From the NCBI GenBank assembly GCA_965219535.1, contig CBDCNV010000001.1, forward strand, positions 780,001 to 812,000: a stretch of 32,000 nucleotides of DNA, in the 5' to 3' direction. The notes beneath the pieces were generated by a model. It was not told where the DNA came from. It did not search any database and worked only from the letters and a program-made list of their open reading frames with translations. This DNA is from Opitutales bacterium (GTDB lineage: Bacteria; Verrucomicrobiota; Verrucomicrobiia; Opitutales; PNEW01). A program made the translations under genes and the position numbers. Positions 9,090 to 17,988 of this stretch are shown one piece after another (position 1 is the stretch's first letter; every line of letters starts with the position of its first letter).

Positions 9090-9698
9090 ATGACACCAGT
9101 TAAAGCACCAGAGAATACCCGGAACAGAATTCTTCAAACAGCATTTGAAGAAATTCATAAAAATGGGTTCCAGGGCAGCAGCATCAACCAAATTGTGGAA
9201 GAAGCAGGAATCACCAAAGGTGCTCTATTCCACCATTTCAAAGGAAAAAAAGAACTGGGTTACGCGGTTATTGATGAAATTATTCACGGGATGGTTAAAG
9301 AGGAGTTCATCGATCCCCTTAATGATTCGAGTGATCCAATCCATGATATAAAAAAGCTTATTCTATCGAATAGAAAACAGGCATGGAAAGATCCGTCTCA
9401 TATATGTAATGGGTGCCCCTTAAATAACCTCGCGCAGGAAATGTCACCCCTCGATGAAGGTTTTCGCACGAGAATAGAAAAAGTGTTTATTGCATGGAGA
9501 GCGTGTTTTGCTAAGGCCTTTAAAAATGGGATTAAAGCGGGAACCGTCGCACCCACCGTGTCACCGGAATCGACCGCGGCCTTTCTTGTCTCTGCCTTTG
9601 AGGGCATAGTGGGTACTGCCAAAAGCGCCCAAAACCAGGACGTTCTCACCCGGTCTGTCGATGGTTTTATCTCCTATCTGGATAGTTTGAAACCGTAA
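9090..9698 (+). CDS. TetR/AcrR-family transcriptional regulator
   Basis: 202-aa ORF with the N-terminal TetR HTH signature (RNRILQTAFEEIHKNGFQGSSINQIVEEAGITKGALFHHFKGKKEL) and a helical C-terminal ligand domain. Confidence 0.9.
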   Translation: MTPVKAPENTRNRILQTAFEEIHKNGFQGSSINQIVEEAGITKGALFHHFKGKKELGYAVIDEIIHGMVKEEFIDPLNDSSDPIHDIKKLILSNRKQAWKDPSHICNGCPLNNLAQEMSPLDEGFRTRIEKVFIAWRACFAKAFKNGIKAGTVAPTVSPESTAAFLVSAFEGIVGTAKSAQNQDVLTRSVDGFISYLDSLKP

Positions 9699-9718
9699 AA
9701 TTTTTTTACCGGGAATAA

Positions 9719-9734
9719 ATACCAACTGGTCGGT
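9719..9734. promoter_or_regulatory. Putative TetR operator, copy 2 (ATACCAACTGGTCGGT)
   Basis: Exact 16/16 repeat of the site at 9063..9078. It lies 21 nt after the TetR stop and 35 nt before the next ORF, and is followed by TAATAT (9738-9743). Confidence 0.6.
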
Positions 9735-9768
9735 ATCTAATATTTAAACACACAAATGAGGAGTAAAA

Positions 9769-9993
9769 GTGATTAATAAAAATCAAAGAAATAGAAGAAA
9801 ACTGGGAGTGGACAGGACGAACAGTGAGCAAATGCGCGATGGCTTACACGTTCTCATTGCAAGTCTGCTTATTGATGAGCAAACCGGCGGTGATATCCGA
9901 CCCTTCAACAATCGGCTTGAAAGTTTTTTTGAACCGAGAATTGGGAATGTAGAGCGATCGATTGTCACCCTGACGGGCACTGATGCGAAATAA
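9769..9993 (+). CDS. Small hypothetical protein (74 aa)
   Basis: GTG start preceded by AGGAG at appropriate spacing. The ORF is same-strand and upstream of the lipoprotein gene. It has no recognisable motif, so its coding status is uncertain. Confidence 0.4.
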   Translation: MINKNQRNRRKLGVDRTNSEQMRDGLHVLIASLLIDEQTGGDIRPFNNRLESFFEPRIGNVERSIVTLTGTDAK

Positions 9994-10022
9994 ACACCGC
10001 AATAAAAAGAAGGATCAAAAAG

Positions 10023-10337
10023 ATGATAAAAAAAATAATTAATATCAGTATAATCGTTATAATGGGAGCCGCCCTGTCGGGTTGTGAGACTTACGGACCG
10101 AATGCAAAAAAGGGCACAGTGATTGGAGCCAGTAGCGGGGCTTTGCTCGGTGCGATCATCGGTCATCAAAGTGATGAAACAGGTGAGGGGGCTCTGCTCG
10201 GGGCGGTTACCGGAGCAATGGTTGGCGGATTCAGAGGTATAAACAAAGACAGGAAAGAAAACGCACTCGGAAAGGAAGCCAGGGATCGGCTTATCGATGA
10301 TCACTATTCGGTCACTATCTGGCAGGCACCCTTCTGA
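10023..10337 (+). CDS. Glycine-zipper lipoprotein
   Basis: 104-aa ORF with a lipobox (AALSG|C) after a hydrophobic signal, and GxxxG-type glycine-zipper runs (GASSGALLGAIIG, GALLGAVTGAMVGG). A GAAGGA RBS lies upstream. Confidence 0.8.
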   Translation: MIKKIINISIIVIMGAALSGCETYGPNAKKGTVIGASSGALLGAIIGHQSDETGEGALLGAVTGAMVGGFRGINKDRKENALGKEARDRLIDDHYSVTIWQAPF

Positions 10338-10417
10338 TCTAAAAGTAAAAGAATTCATAAAGCAAAAAATAAATTCAGCGGAATGCTGAGTAACAATAAT
10401 TAAGAAAGGAACAGACA

Positions 10418-11149
10418 ATGAAGTTAATAAGTATTAGCAGAAATCAACTATTCAAGTCGGTTGCCGTTAGCCTGACGGCTTTAGTGGGACTGACTTTCGG
10501 TTCGCAGTTATACGGTGGTTACTACTATGGAGGTTACGGTCATAGAGGATATGGTCACGGAATTAGTAATTTTGGTTACGGCTATGGTGGCTATGGATTA
10601 AGTAATTTCCGACATAGTGGTAATTATCATTATGGTTATCCCTACTATGGATACAGCTATAGTTTCTATGGTCCTACACGTTTTGAATCGGCCTTATATA
10701 ATGTCCATCCGACGTATGGAAAATTGAATGGAGGTTGGAGGCATTTGGCCAAAGGAAATATTCAACTCGCCAAGGAAAAGTTTGTAAAGTTGTCGGCGAA
10801 ATCACCTACGAGCGGATTGCCTAATGTAGGGATCAGTCTTGCAGCGGCTTTAAGTGAAAATCATAAGACTGCAGCATTGGCCATGCGTCGTGCGTTCACT
10901 CTGGACCCCGTAGGCGCTAGTGACTTACCCTCTCGTCTCGATTTAAGGATAAAGATTCGAGAGCTGACAAATTATTACCGGGATATTGTAAACGCGGAAG
11001 GAGAAAGAGATGTCGACGCGATTTTCATGTATGCAGCTTTAAGTCATTTATTGAATGATTTCGAAACAGCGCAAGTCGCGGTTCAAGAGGCGATAGCTCA
11101 GGGTGATGACTCAATAGGAGCTGAAAATCTGAAAAAGCTACTGGTTTAA
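10418..11149 (+). CDS. Secreted protein with an N-terminal Gly/Tyr-rich low-complexity region and a helical TPR-like C-terminal domain
   Basis: 243-aa ORF with a signal-like N-terminus. Residues 32-85 contain 17 Tyr and 17 Gly out of 54 (YGGYYYGGYGHRGYGHG...YGYPYYGYSYSFYG). The remainder is alpha-helical and repeat-like. Confidence 0.75.
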   Translation: MKLISISRNQLFKSVAVSLTALVGLTFGSQLYGGYYYGGYGHRGYGHGISNFGYGYGGYGLSNFRHSGNYHYGYPYYGYSYSFYGPTRFESALYNVHPTYGKLNGGWRHLAKGNIQLAKEKFVKLSAKSPTSGLPNVGISLAAALSENHKTAALAMRRAFTLDPVGASDLPSRLDLRIKIRELTNYYRDIVNAEGERDVDAIFMYAALSHLLNDFETAQVAVQEAIAQGDDSIGAENLKKLLV

Positions 11150-11187
11150 TACGGATAAAGAACGCAATAGTCGGACAAGATAGATTA

Positions 11188-11220
11188 AGAGCTGCCCCAT
11201 AAGGGTAGCTCTTTTTTATT
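11188..11220 (+). terminator. Rho-independent terminator of the 9769-11149 operon
   Basis: Hairpin AGAGCTGCCC-cataa-GGGTAGCTCT (one G/T mismatch in the stem) followed by TTTTTATTTT, 39 nt after the stop codon. Confidence 0.75.
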
Positions 11221-11271
11221 TTAAGTTCTTAAACTAATTTCTCATAACGTGACCTTACATTTCCAGCGTTG

Positions 11272-12741
11272 CTAGTCTCCCTCGGTCGATTTTTCTGTCA
11301 GGACAAGGTAAGGAAATCCGAGCTCATTTTCCAGGTTGCTTACTGAGTAGCGATCGCTTGCGAGGAGATAGGTGAGGAGGTCATCTTGAACGTTGAAGCG
11401 TTTGTGCCAGAGCTGAGTTCGGTATTCCGGGAAGGCTTTCTTGAAGTCCTCGAAGTCCGCGGCGTGCAGCGGCATTCCAATAAAGTGTTTGTCTGGGAAG
11501 CGTCGCATGAAAGCTTGGGGATGATAAAACCCACTGTTAACGAGGTAGTGCGTCTCGGTTAAAGCACCAAGGGGGAGTGTAACAGCTTTCGTGGACACAG
11601 GTTCTCGAGGACGCAAATCGATAATTCCAGTAAGACCAATAAAAATAACTGCGATGACAGCTACCCATCGCCTTTGGGGTCTGGCTTTAAGGTAAAGAGT
11701 GGTTACATCAGCGACCGCGATGAATATCGGTGGAAAGACAATAAACCAGATGCGAAAGAAATGCGATGAAAGTGCATCGTCGATAAAGAGAAAGTAAATA
11801 ATCGCGGAGAAGCCTGAGAGGATTACGCTAATTTTACGGCACCCGATCAGGCAGAGCATGGAGACGAGTCCAAAGAGTACGATCTCCCAGCGATAACGCC
11901 CATCATATAGCCATTGCGGGCCGCTATGAAATATTTCAATGAAGAGACTGCTGGCAGCATCGACGACGTCAGCATTCAGTTGTGGCACGAGCTTGGAGAG
12001 AAGACTATACGAATCCCCGCGCGTAGCGAGACCATCCCAGGTAAAGATAAAAGAAGAATTTGCGATTACTTCGTAATTGCGCCACCAGTGCAAAAGAAGA
12101 GGCACGGTGGCAGCGGCACAAAAAGCAATGCCACGGTGCAGGTTTCGAAAGAGCGGGAGAAAAAGAAACGTGGTAAAAACAAAGTGAAGGCGCGTGGAGA
12201 GACAGAGACCGAACAACAATCCACTCACTATCGCGGTGAACGCGCCTCGACCGTGAAGGGTTAGCAAGAGTGAACCCGTCAACAAAGCGAGTGCGAAACC
12301 TTCCGACCCGTATTGGCTGCTGAATGCTACGGCGGGACCGAAACAAGCCATCAAAAATCCGCCCGCAAAAGCCCCGCCCGTATCTGCTCCACGCCAATAG
12401 AGAAAGAGAGTGAAAAACAGGCAGGAGAAGAGCGAGAATGCGGCGGCGATCCATTGCAAAAAGTTTGAGGGGGCAACAGTCGCTGCCAGGTAATGCCAGA
12501 CAGGACTGTACCAGATATAGGGTTGGTTTTCATAGAGCGTAAAACCTGCTCCGGAACGAATATTGTCTACCAGTTGAATGTGACGCCAGGGATCCGCTCG
12601 GGGTAAATCGGTCCAGGTCACAAAGATTACCCGGCAGATCACGGCCAGTAAAAATATGAGAAGGAGACCAACGATAAATGGTCTGGTAAGCTGAGGAATT
12701 TCAGCATCGCTTGAAATCGAATTTTCGTTTTCCTCTGCCAT
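11272..12741 (-). CDS. Polytopic membrane protein, possibly a GT-C-fold (ArnT/PMT-like) glycosyltransferase
   Basis: 489-aa ORF with more than 10 hydrophobic helices and a soluble C-terminal ~110 aa. The topology resembles GT39/GT83 enzymes, but I could not verify a diagnostic catalytic motif. Confidence 0.5.
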   Translation of the reverse strand: MAEENENSISSDAEIPQLTRPFIVGLLLIFLLAVICRVIFVTWTDLPRADPWRHIQLVDNIRSGAGFTLYENQPYIWYSPVWHYLAATVAPSNFLQWIAAAFSLFSCLFFTLFLYWRGADTGGAFAGGFLMACFGPAVAFSSQYGSEGFALALLTGSLLLTLHGRGAFTAIVSGLLFGLCLSTRLHFVFTTFLFLPLFRNLHRGIAFCAAATVPLLLHWWRNYEVIANSSFIFTWDGLATRGDSYSLLSKLVPQLNADVVDAASSLFIEIFHSGPQWLYDGRYRWEIVLFGLVSMLCLIGCRKISVILSGFSAIIYFLFIDDALSSHFFRIWFIVFPPIFIAVADVTTLYLKARPQRRWVAVIAVIFIGLTGIIDLRPREPVSTKAVTLPLGALTETHYLVNSGFYHPQAFMRRFPDKHFIGMPLHAADFEDFKKAFPEYRTQLWHKRFNVQDDLLTYLLASDRYSVSNLENELGFPYLVLTEKSTEGD

Positions 12742-12978
12742 ATCAAATGAGTTACATTAATGACGTCGCGAAGAGATTAGGTTAGCTCCCCACGTTCTGA
12801 AATTTATTGTTTCTCTCCATGATAAAAAAGAAAAGTTAAAAATTTTTTGCATGTATCTCAGTACAGGTTGTTGTAGCTATTGAACCTTGATTAGAGGCTA
12901 GCTTTCAAATAGGTAAATAAACGAAATACCATTTGATACTCCTTTACTCTTAAGGGGATTTTAAATAAAGGTAGTTCA

Positions 12979-13773
12979 ATGAATAAGAGCGGACAAAGGC
13001 TGGAAAATAAAGTGGCACTGATTACGGGAGCTTCGAGGGGTATTGGGAAAGCAATGGCCGTTAGATTTGCCGAAGAAGGAGCAGCGGTTGCTGTGAATTA
13101 TGTTAATAACAGTGAAGCGGCGGAGCAAGTTTGTCGCGAGATTATAGATTCCGGTGGGCGCGCAATTTCATTACAAGCTAACGTAGCCGATACCATGGCC
13201 ATACAGCGGATGGTGAAAACGGTTGAAGATGAGTTTCAAAACATAGATATCCTCGTCAATAACGCAGGAATTTTAAAGACGATCGATTTAATGGATGAAT
13301 CGCTGGCTACTCTCGATGAGTTATATGAAATTAATATAAAAGGCTATATTAATACCGTTCAAGCGGTTGCCGGGAAGATGAAAGCCAGGAAATACGGGAG
13401 AATTTTGAATATCAGTTCTATTTCTGGTTTGGGGACCTCGTTTGCTGGTTCGATGGGATATTCCGAGTCCAAGGCCGCGGTTAATTCTCTGACTAAGAGG
13501 ATGGCATTTGAATTAGGGCCTTATGGTATTACGGTTAACGCGGTAGCGCCTGGATTTACTAAGACCGACATGACTATGAAATTTGACAATAGTGAAGAGG
13601 AACGTCGCTTAGTAAAATTGATGACTGATTCATCGATGTTGAACCGGATTGGAGAACCTTATGATATTGCGGCACCCGCGCTATTCCTGGTTTCTGACGA
13701 AGCCAGCTTTATTACTGGTCAAATTCTTGCCGTCGATGGGGGAAGAACACATTTTCTCACCCATTCCAGTTAA
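12979..13773 (+). CDS. Short-chain dehydrogenase/reductase (FabG-like SDR)
   Basis: 264-aa ORF with the cofactor motif TGASRGIGKA, NNAG, and the catalytic S...YSESK triad pattern. Confidence 0.9.
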   Translation: MNKSGQRLENKVALITGASRGIGKAMAVRFAEEGAAVAVNYVNNSEAAEQVCREIIDSGGRAISLQANVADTMAIQRMVKTVEDEFQNIDILVNNAGILKTIDLMDESLATLDELYEINIKGYINTVQAVAGKMKARKYGRILNISSISGLGTSFAGSMGYSESKAAVNSLTKRMAFELGPYGITVNAVAPGFTKTDMTMKFDNSEEERRLVKLMTDSSMLNRIGEPYDIAAPALFLVSDEASFITGQILAVDGGRTHFLTHSS

Positions 13774-13850
13774 ACTGAAAAACGGTATTATCTCCATTTT
13801 TTCTTTTCCCTTGGTTGTGCGAATGTGTATTTCAATCTGATCTGCTTATC

Positions 13851-14546
13851 ATGGATGAATTACTCTATATACTCGTAACAATAATTTCACTTACCCTCGT
13901 ATTGTTGGCGACGAAAATGGGGCCACAATTCCTGATGGGAGTGGTTGTAACATTGCTTTTGATGGCAAATATTTTTTCGGGAAGGCTTACCATAGTTTTC
14001 GGATTTATTAATACCCTGGCTCTTCCAATATATGCCGCAATATTTCTCGCTACCGATTCCGCGGCGGAACATTTTGGTAAGAAAGTAGCATACCAGGTAG
14101 TGTTAATGGGTATTCTTGCCCAAATTTGTATGGTAATTTTAAGCCAGGTAATCATACGGACAAGTTCTTATGGTGACCCTGTTATTGCTGAATCTTTATC
14201 AACCGTCTTTGGTTTTCTCCCTCGCATCATTCTCGGCTCACTGATTGCCTATACTTTCAGTCAGTATTTTGATGTTACCTTATATCATTTTTTTAAAGAG
14301 AGTTATCGAGATAAGCATTTATGGCTGAGGAATTGTCTCTCAACGACTATTTCACAAGGAATAGATTCCGCGATTTTTTTAGCCATCGCCTTTTATGGAG
14401 TGCTGCCAAAATTAGGAGAACTATTTATATCTGTTTGGATATTTAAAATTGGAATAGCTTTAGTAGATACTCCTTTTATATACTTAAGTTATCTGATTTT
14501 AGGTAAAAAACTCCCTTCGGGTGAATCCAGTGAACAGTTACCATAG
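13851..14546 (+). CDS. yhhQ: YhhQ/DUF165-family (queuosine-precursor transporter type) membrane protein
   Basis: Polytopic membrane ORF with the family-typical segment PIYAAIFLATDSAAEHFGKKVAYQVV and a C-terminal FKIGIALVDTPFIYL. The ATG at 13851 is preferred over the upstream TTG at 13815. Confidence 0.7.
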   Translation: MDELLYILVTIISLTLVLLATKMGPQFLMGVVVTLLLMANIFSGRLTIVFGFINTLALPIYAAIFLATDSAAEHFGKKVAYQVVLMGILAQICMVILSQVIIRTSSYGDPVIAESLSTVFGFLPRIILGSLIAYTFSQYFDVTLYHFFKESYRDKHLWLRNCLSTTISQGIDSAIFLAIAFYGVLPKLGELFISVWIFKIGIALVDTPFIYLSYLILGKKLPSGESSEQLP

Positions 14547-14678
14547 CTTGAAGAGAAATGGCGATTAAACCTTGAGCTTGGAAATCGGAACCCACACTGA
14601 CTGGTTACGGACTTAGGCAGACAATAATGTCTCCGGGCTTTACATTTCCCTTCATAATAAATAATGGTTTGAATCGTA

Positions 14679-15482
14679 ATGACACCGAATGAGAGATATT
14701 TATTTGATCTTCAGGGATACCTATTTCTGCCACAGGTGCTGCCGATAGCATTGGTGCAACGGTTAAATGCTGAAATCGATAAGCTGGAAACTCTTGATGA
14801 CGGGGAGGCGGCAGCACGCGGAATTATGAGGAAATACCATGATCAATTTGAGACGAGTGAAAAAGTTGAATTTCCTGCTAATCGATCCCGTGACTATGAC
14901 TGTAACGTGTTAAGATTAGGTGGCCCGGTCGAAGAGCTGATCGATTGTCCGAAGACACTTCCTTACATCGATGCCATGATCAGTGAGCCGCTCCGACTTG
15001 ATGTATGCATGCTCATGTCACGGAATCAGGGGCGCAGCTCCAGTTTACATCACGGTTACGCTGAGCTTTTAGCATACTGTGAATATGCCTTCGGTGCCGG
15101 AGAGTTCAAATGTGTCAGTGTGAAAGTTGCTTATGCCTTGACTGACGTCGGAATAGAAGAAGGCGCATTCGCGGTTATTCCGGGAAGCCATAAAAGCAAT
15201 TTCGATAATCCCATTGCCGGTCAAATACCGGATGAAAACCACTCGTTAATCGAAGCCTGTCCCTGCAAAGCGGGAGATGCGGTAATATTTACCGAAGATC
15301 TCACCCATGGGGCGTTAGTGAATCGAAGCAATAAAACGAGGCGGACAATTTTTATTTCTTATGCGCCGGCGTTTCAATCACCGAAGGGTAAATTGGCTGA
15401 ATCTGCAGACGGCTTTGAAGAGAGGGCCACCCCAAGGCAATTGGAATTGGTCAAAGGCCCATCACCTTTTGTCATTGCTTAA
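14679..15482 (+). CDS. Phytanoyl-CoA dioxygenase (PhyH) family Fe(II)/2-oxoglutarate oxygenase-like protein
   Basis: 267-aa ORF with an N-terminal FDLQGYLFLPQVL and the segments LHHGY, FAVIPGSHKS and IFTEDLTHGA, consistent with the PhyH double-stranded beta-helix family. Confidence 0.75.
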   Translation: MTPNERYLFDLQGYLFLPQVLPIALVQRLNAEIDKLETLDDGEAAARGIMRKYHDQFETSEKVEFPANRSRDYDCNVLRLGGPVEELIDCPKTLPYIDAMISEPLRLDVCMLMSRNQGRSSSLHHGYAELLAYCEYAFGAGEFKCVSVKVAYALTDVGIEEGAFAVIPGSHKSNFDNPIAGQIPDENHSLIEACPCKAGDAVIFTEDLTHGALVNRSNKTRRTIFISYAPAFQSPKGKLAESADGFEERATPRQLELVKGPSPFVIA

Positions 15483-15529
15483 CCCTGGCAAATTAGCCGA
15501 GGTTGTGGATAGAGGTTATCAGGCACGCT

Positions 15530-17554
15530 TTAGCGCGCATAGGCTTTGCCGTTTAAAGCCTCATGCACAATTACCTGCAAGGATTCAGAGGAATAGGGTT
15601 TTTCGAGAATTACATTAATTCCAATATTGTTCAATTCGTCCTTTTCCTTTTCCTGGTCTTGACCGGTTGAGGCAATGATATTCAATTCCGGTTTCACTCT
15701 TTTTAGTGTCCGGGCTAATCTCAAGCCATCCATATGAGGCATGACGATATCGGTCAAAACCATCCGGATTTGCTTTTGATGTTTAATGAATATCGCCAGG
15801 GCCTCAGTTCCATCTTTTGCCGTCATAACATTGTAGCCCTGTCCTTCGAGGACATGCACGACCATATCACATATTGCGGGTTCATCATCGACGACGAGTA
15901 TCAACTCACCTTGCGCTTTAGGAATATTGACTTTTTCACTGTCTAGGGAATTAACAACATCGTTTGTAACGGCGGGTAGAAATACTTTTATAGTACTGCC
16001 GTAGCCAACCTTACTCTCTACGGCTATAAATCCGCCATGTTTTTTAATTATACCGTGAGAGATCGATAATCCCAAGCCAGTTCCATGACCTTCTTTCTTC
16101 GTCGTATAAAAAGGATCGAAAATATATTTCATCGTATCCTTGGTCATTCCATAACCCGTATCGGTTATATCAAATATAACATAGTTACCCGCTTTGGCTT
16201 CCGGATATACAGCGACGTAACTTTGATCCAAATATTCCTTTTCCGCTTTTAAATGTATTTCTCCCCCATCAGGCATAGAGTCCCGCGCATTAATGCAAAT
16301 ATTTAAAAGCACCTGATGGAGTTGAGTGGGATCCCCTTCAATGGGCCATAGATCATTGGGTATATTGAAATGGATATTTATATTTTTAGGAAAAGTTTCC
16401 TTTGTGATTTGAATAATCTCTTTAGCTATATGCTTAGGGTGAAACAAAATACATTCACCGCTTTCAACTCCGCGAGAGAATGTAAGCACCTGGTTTACGA
16501 CAGTACCGGCATGATTAGCGCTTTTCTTAATCGTTTTTAGAAAATCAATGGATTTTTCTTGCGTTGGATTTGTCAGAAGCAGATCCGTGGCGAGGATAAT
16601 GGGTGCCAAAAGATTATTTAAATCATGAGCTATTCCACTTGCCAGCGTCCCTATACCTTCCATTCTTTGGGCGCGTAACATTTGATAATCATGATGCTTT
16701 TTTTCTGTTATATCAGTATTAATCACGAGAATGGATTTTTGGAATCCTAATTTATCTTGAACTAGCGTCTGGCGACTATGAACCGTAACTTGCTTGTTCT
16801 CTTTGGTTTTCTGAATTACTTCACCGGACCATTCTCCGTTACTAACTACAGATTGCTCAATAGCAGCCAGTTTAGTATGTTCCTCACTATAGAGAAGTTC
16901 ATAAGATTTTTTATTCAGCGCTTCATTCTCCGAATAACCATAGAGTCGCTCTGCTGATTTATTCCAAAACAATATATGGTCATCCATATTGCGAACAACG
17001 ATTGCGTCAGGAGTTTCATCAAGCAGTGTAGCCTGTTCATTAATCTTCTCCATTGACAGTTTGTATTCGGTGATATCGCGGTTTATTCCGACTATACCAA
17101 TGTAATTCCCTTCTTTATCGGGGATAGGAATTTTACTGACCGACACCCATTTAATATTTCCTTTCGCATCGATATAAGGTTCTTCCTGGTTAACGAGGGG
17201 TTTCCCCGTCTTAAATATATTTTGTTCATCAGCGTAATACCTATTCGCAAGTTCCATTGGATACAGATCATAGTCGGTTTTACCCATCAGTTCCAACGGT
17301 GATGAGAAACCATTCATTGGCGGTATAACTTGATTACAGTTTACATAGCGACACTCACTATCTTTTACATAGATAAAATCGGATATATTATCGATGAGAG
17401 TGCGAAACAAATTAAAACCCAGGGACGAATCAGTACTGAGCGCGTTTGCCAGATTTTCCAATCGGTCATCGGCGGTAATCCATGACTCTACCGCGATGTT
17501 GCCGTTTGCAAGAACCTTATAAGGATCCAATCGAGCTGTTTGAGTTTTCTTCAT
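15530..17554 (-). CDS. Cytoplasmic hybrid sensor histidine kinase (PAS-PAS-HisKA-HATPase-REC)
   Basis: 674-aa ORF with no TM helix and two PAS-like segments. H-box is GIAHDLNNLL and ATPase boxes are NARDSMPDGG, DTGYGM, GTGLGLS. C-terminal receiver has LVVDDEP, LTDIVMPHMDG, IIASTG, EKPY. Confidence 0.9.
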   Translation of the reverse strand: MKKTQTARLDPYKVLANGNIAVESWITADDRLENLANALSTDSSLGFNLFRTLIDNISDFIYVKDSECRYVNCNQVIPPMNGFSSPLELMGKTDYDLYPMELANRYYADEQNIFKTGKPLVNQEEPYIDAKGNIKWVSVSKIPIPDKEGNYIGIVGINRDITEYKLSMEKINEQATLLDETPDAIVVRNMDDHILFWNKSAERLYGYSENEALNKKSYELLYSEEHTKLAAIEQSVVSNGEWSGEVIQKTKENKQVTVHSRQTLVQDKLGFQKSILVINTDITEKKHHDYQMLRAQRMEGIGTLASGIAHDLNNLLAPIILATDLLLTNPTQEKSIDFLKTIKKSANHAGTVVNQVLTFSRGVESGECILFHPKHIAKEIIQITKETFPKNINIHFNIPNDLWPIEGDPTQLHQVLLNICINARDSMPDGGEIHLKAEKEYLDQSYVAVYPEAKAGNYVIFDITDTGYGMTKDTMKYIFDPFYTTKKEGHGTGLGLSISHGIIKKHGGFIAVESKVGYGSTIKVFLPAVTNDVVNSLDSEKVNIPKAQGELILVVDDEPAICDMVVHVLEGQGYNVMTAKDGTEALAIFIKHQKQIRMVLTDIVMPHMDGLRLARTLKRVKPELNIIASTGQDQEKEKDELNNIGINVILEKPYSSESLQVIVHEALNGKAYAR

Positions 17555-17988
17555 TGAGTTAACCTATTTGTTGGATAATAGGTTTACCTATCTACCTGTG
17601 TGCTATCGTCTGTGCTCCTAATGACGGATAGTATATTGAATCACTTGGCCTAATTGGAGCAATATTAATTACGACATAATTAGTTAAAAAAAAGTAAAAC
17701 GAACTATTAGTAGATGAAGAAGATGGGAGGAAATTAAGAGAGAAGCATTTGATATTCACAGTATACAATTAATGATAGGGCTACCTTTCATTCTACATTC
17801 CCTATGGGACGGTCTTGATCGCCCAGGTGATTTGAGAAGCCCTGGTCAGGTCAAGGATACGACCTCAGATGCTTAAAAGATCAGCTAAAACATTGACCGC
17901 TGATATTAAATGATCAATAAGAGACTTTCTAGATTTGCTGTATGGGGGCGATGATTGAAATAGTGAAAAATACATTCGACTTAAATTA

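Noticed and set aside
9783-10418. 211-aa minus-strand ORF spanning the region downstream of the TetR gene
   Set aside because: It is antisense to a lipoprotein gene with a clear lipobox and glycine zippers, and to an RBS-preceded small ORF. Its own sequence is Cys/Phe/Ser-rich with no motif. I treat it as a shadow ORF.
11914-12533. Several 60-149-aa ORFs on both strands inside 11272..12741
   Set aside because: These are alternative-frame ORFs inside a long membrane-protein gene. Their Arg/Ser-rich composition is typical of off-frame translation.
13774-13850. Possible preQ1 riboswitch upstream of the YhhQ-type transporter
   Set aside because: Queuosine-precursor transporters are often riboswitch-controlled. 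However, this 77-nt leader lacks the short hairpin plus A-rich tail (AAAAAACUA-like) of preQ1-I, and I saw no convincing pseudoknot.
13815-13850. TTG start at 13815 for the YhhQ-type gene
   Set aside because: The extension MCECVFQSDLLI is not hydrophobic or family-like. The ATG at 13851 begins directly before the first TM helix.
17820-17870. SRP-RNA-like string (cctggtcaggtcaagga) in the 434-bp divergent intergenic region
   Set aside because: It only superficially resembles the CCAGGUCAGGUCCGGAAGGAAGCAGCC core. The GGAA tetraloop and AGCA loop elements are absent.
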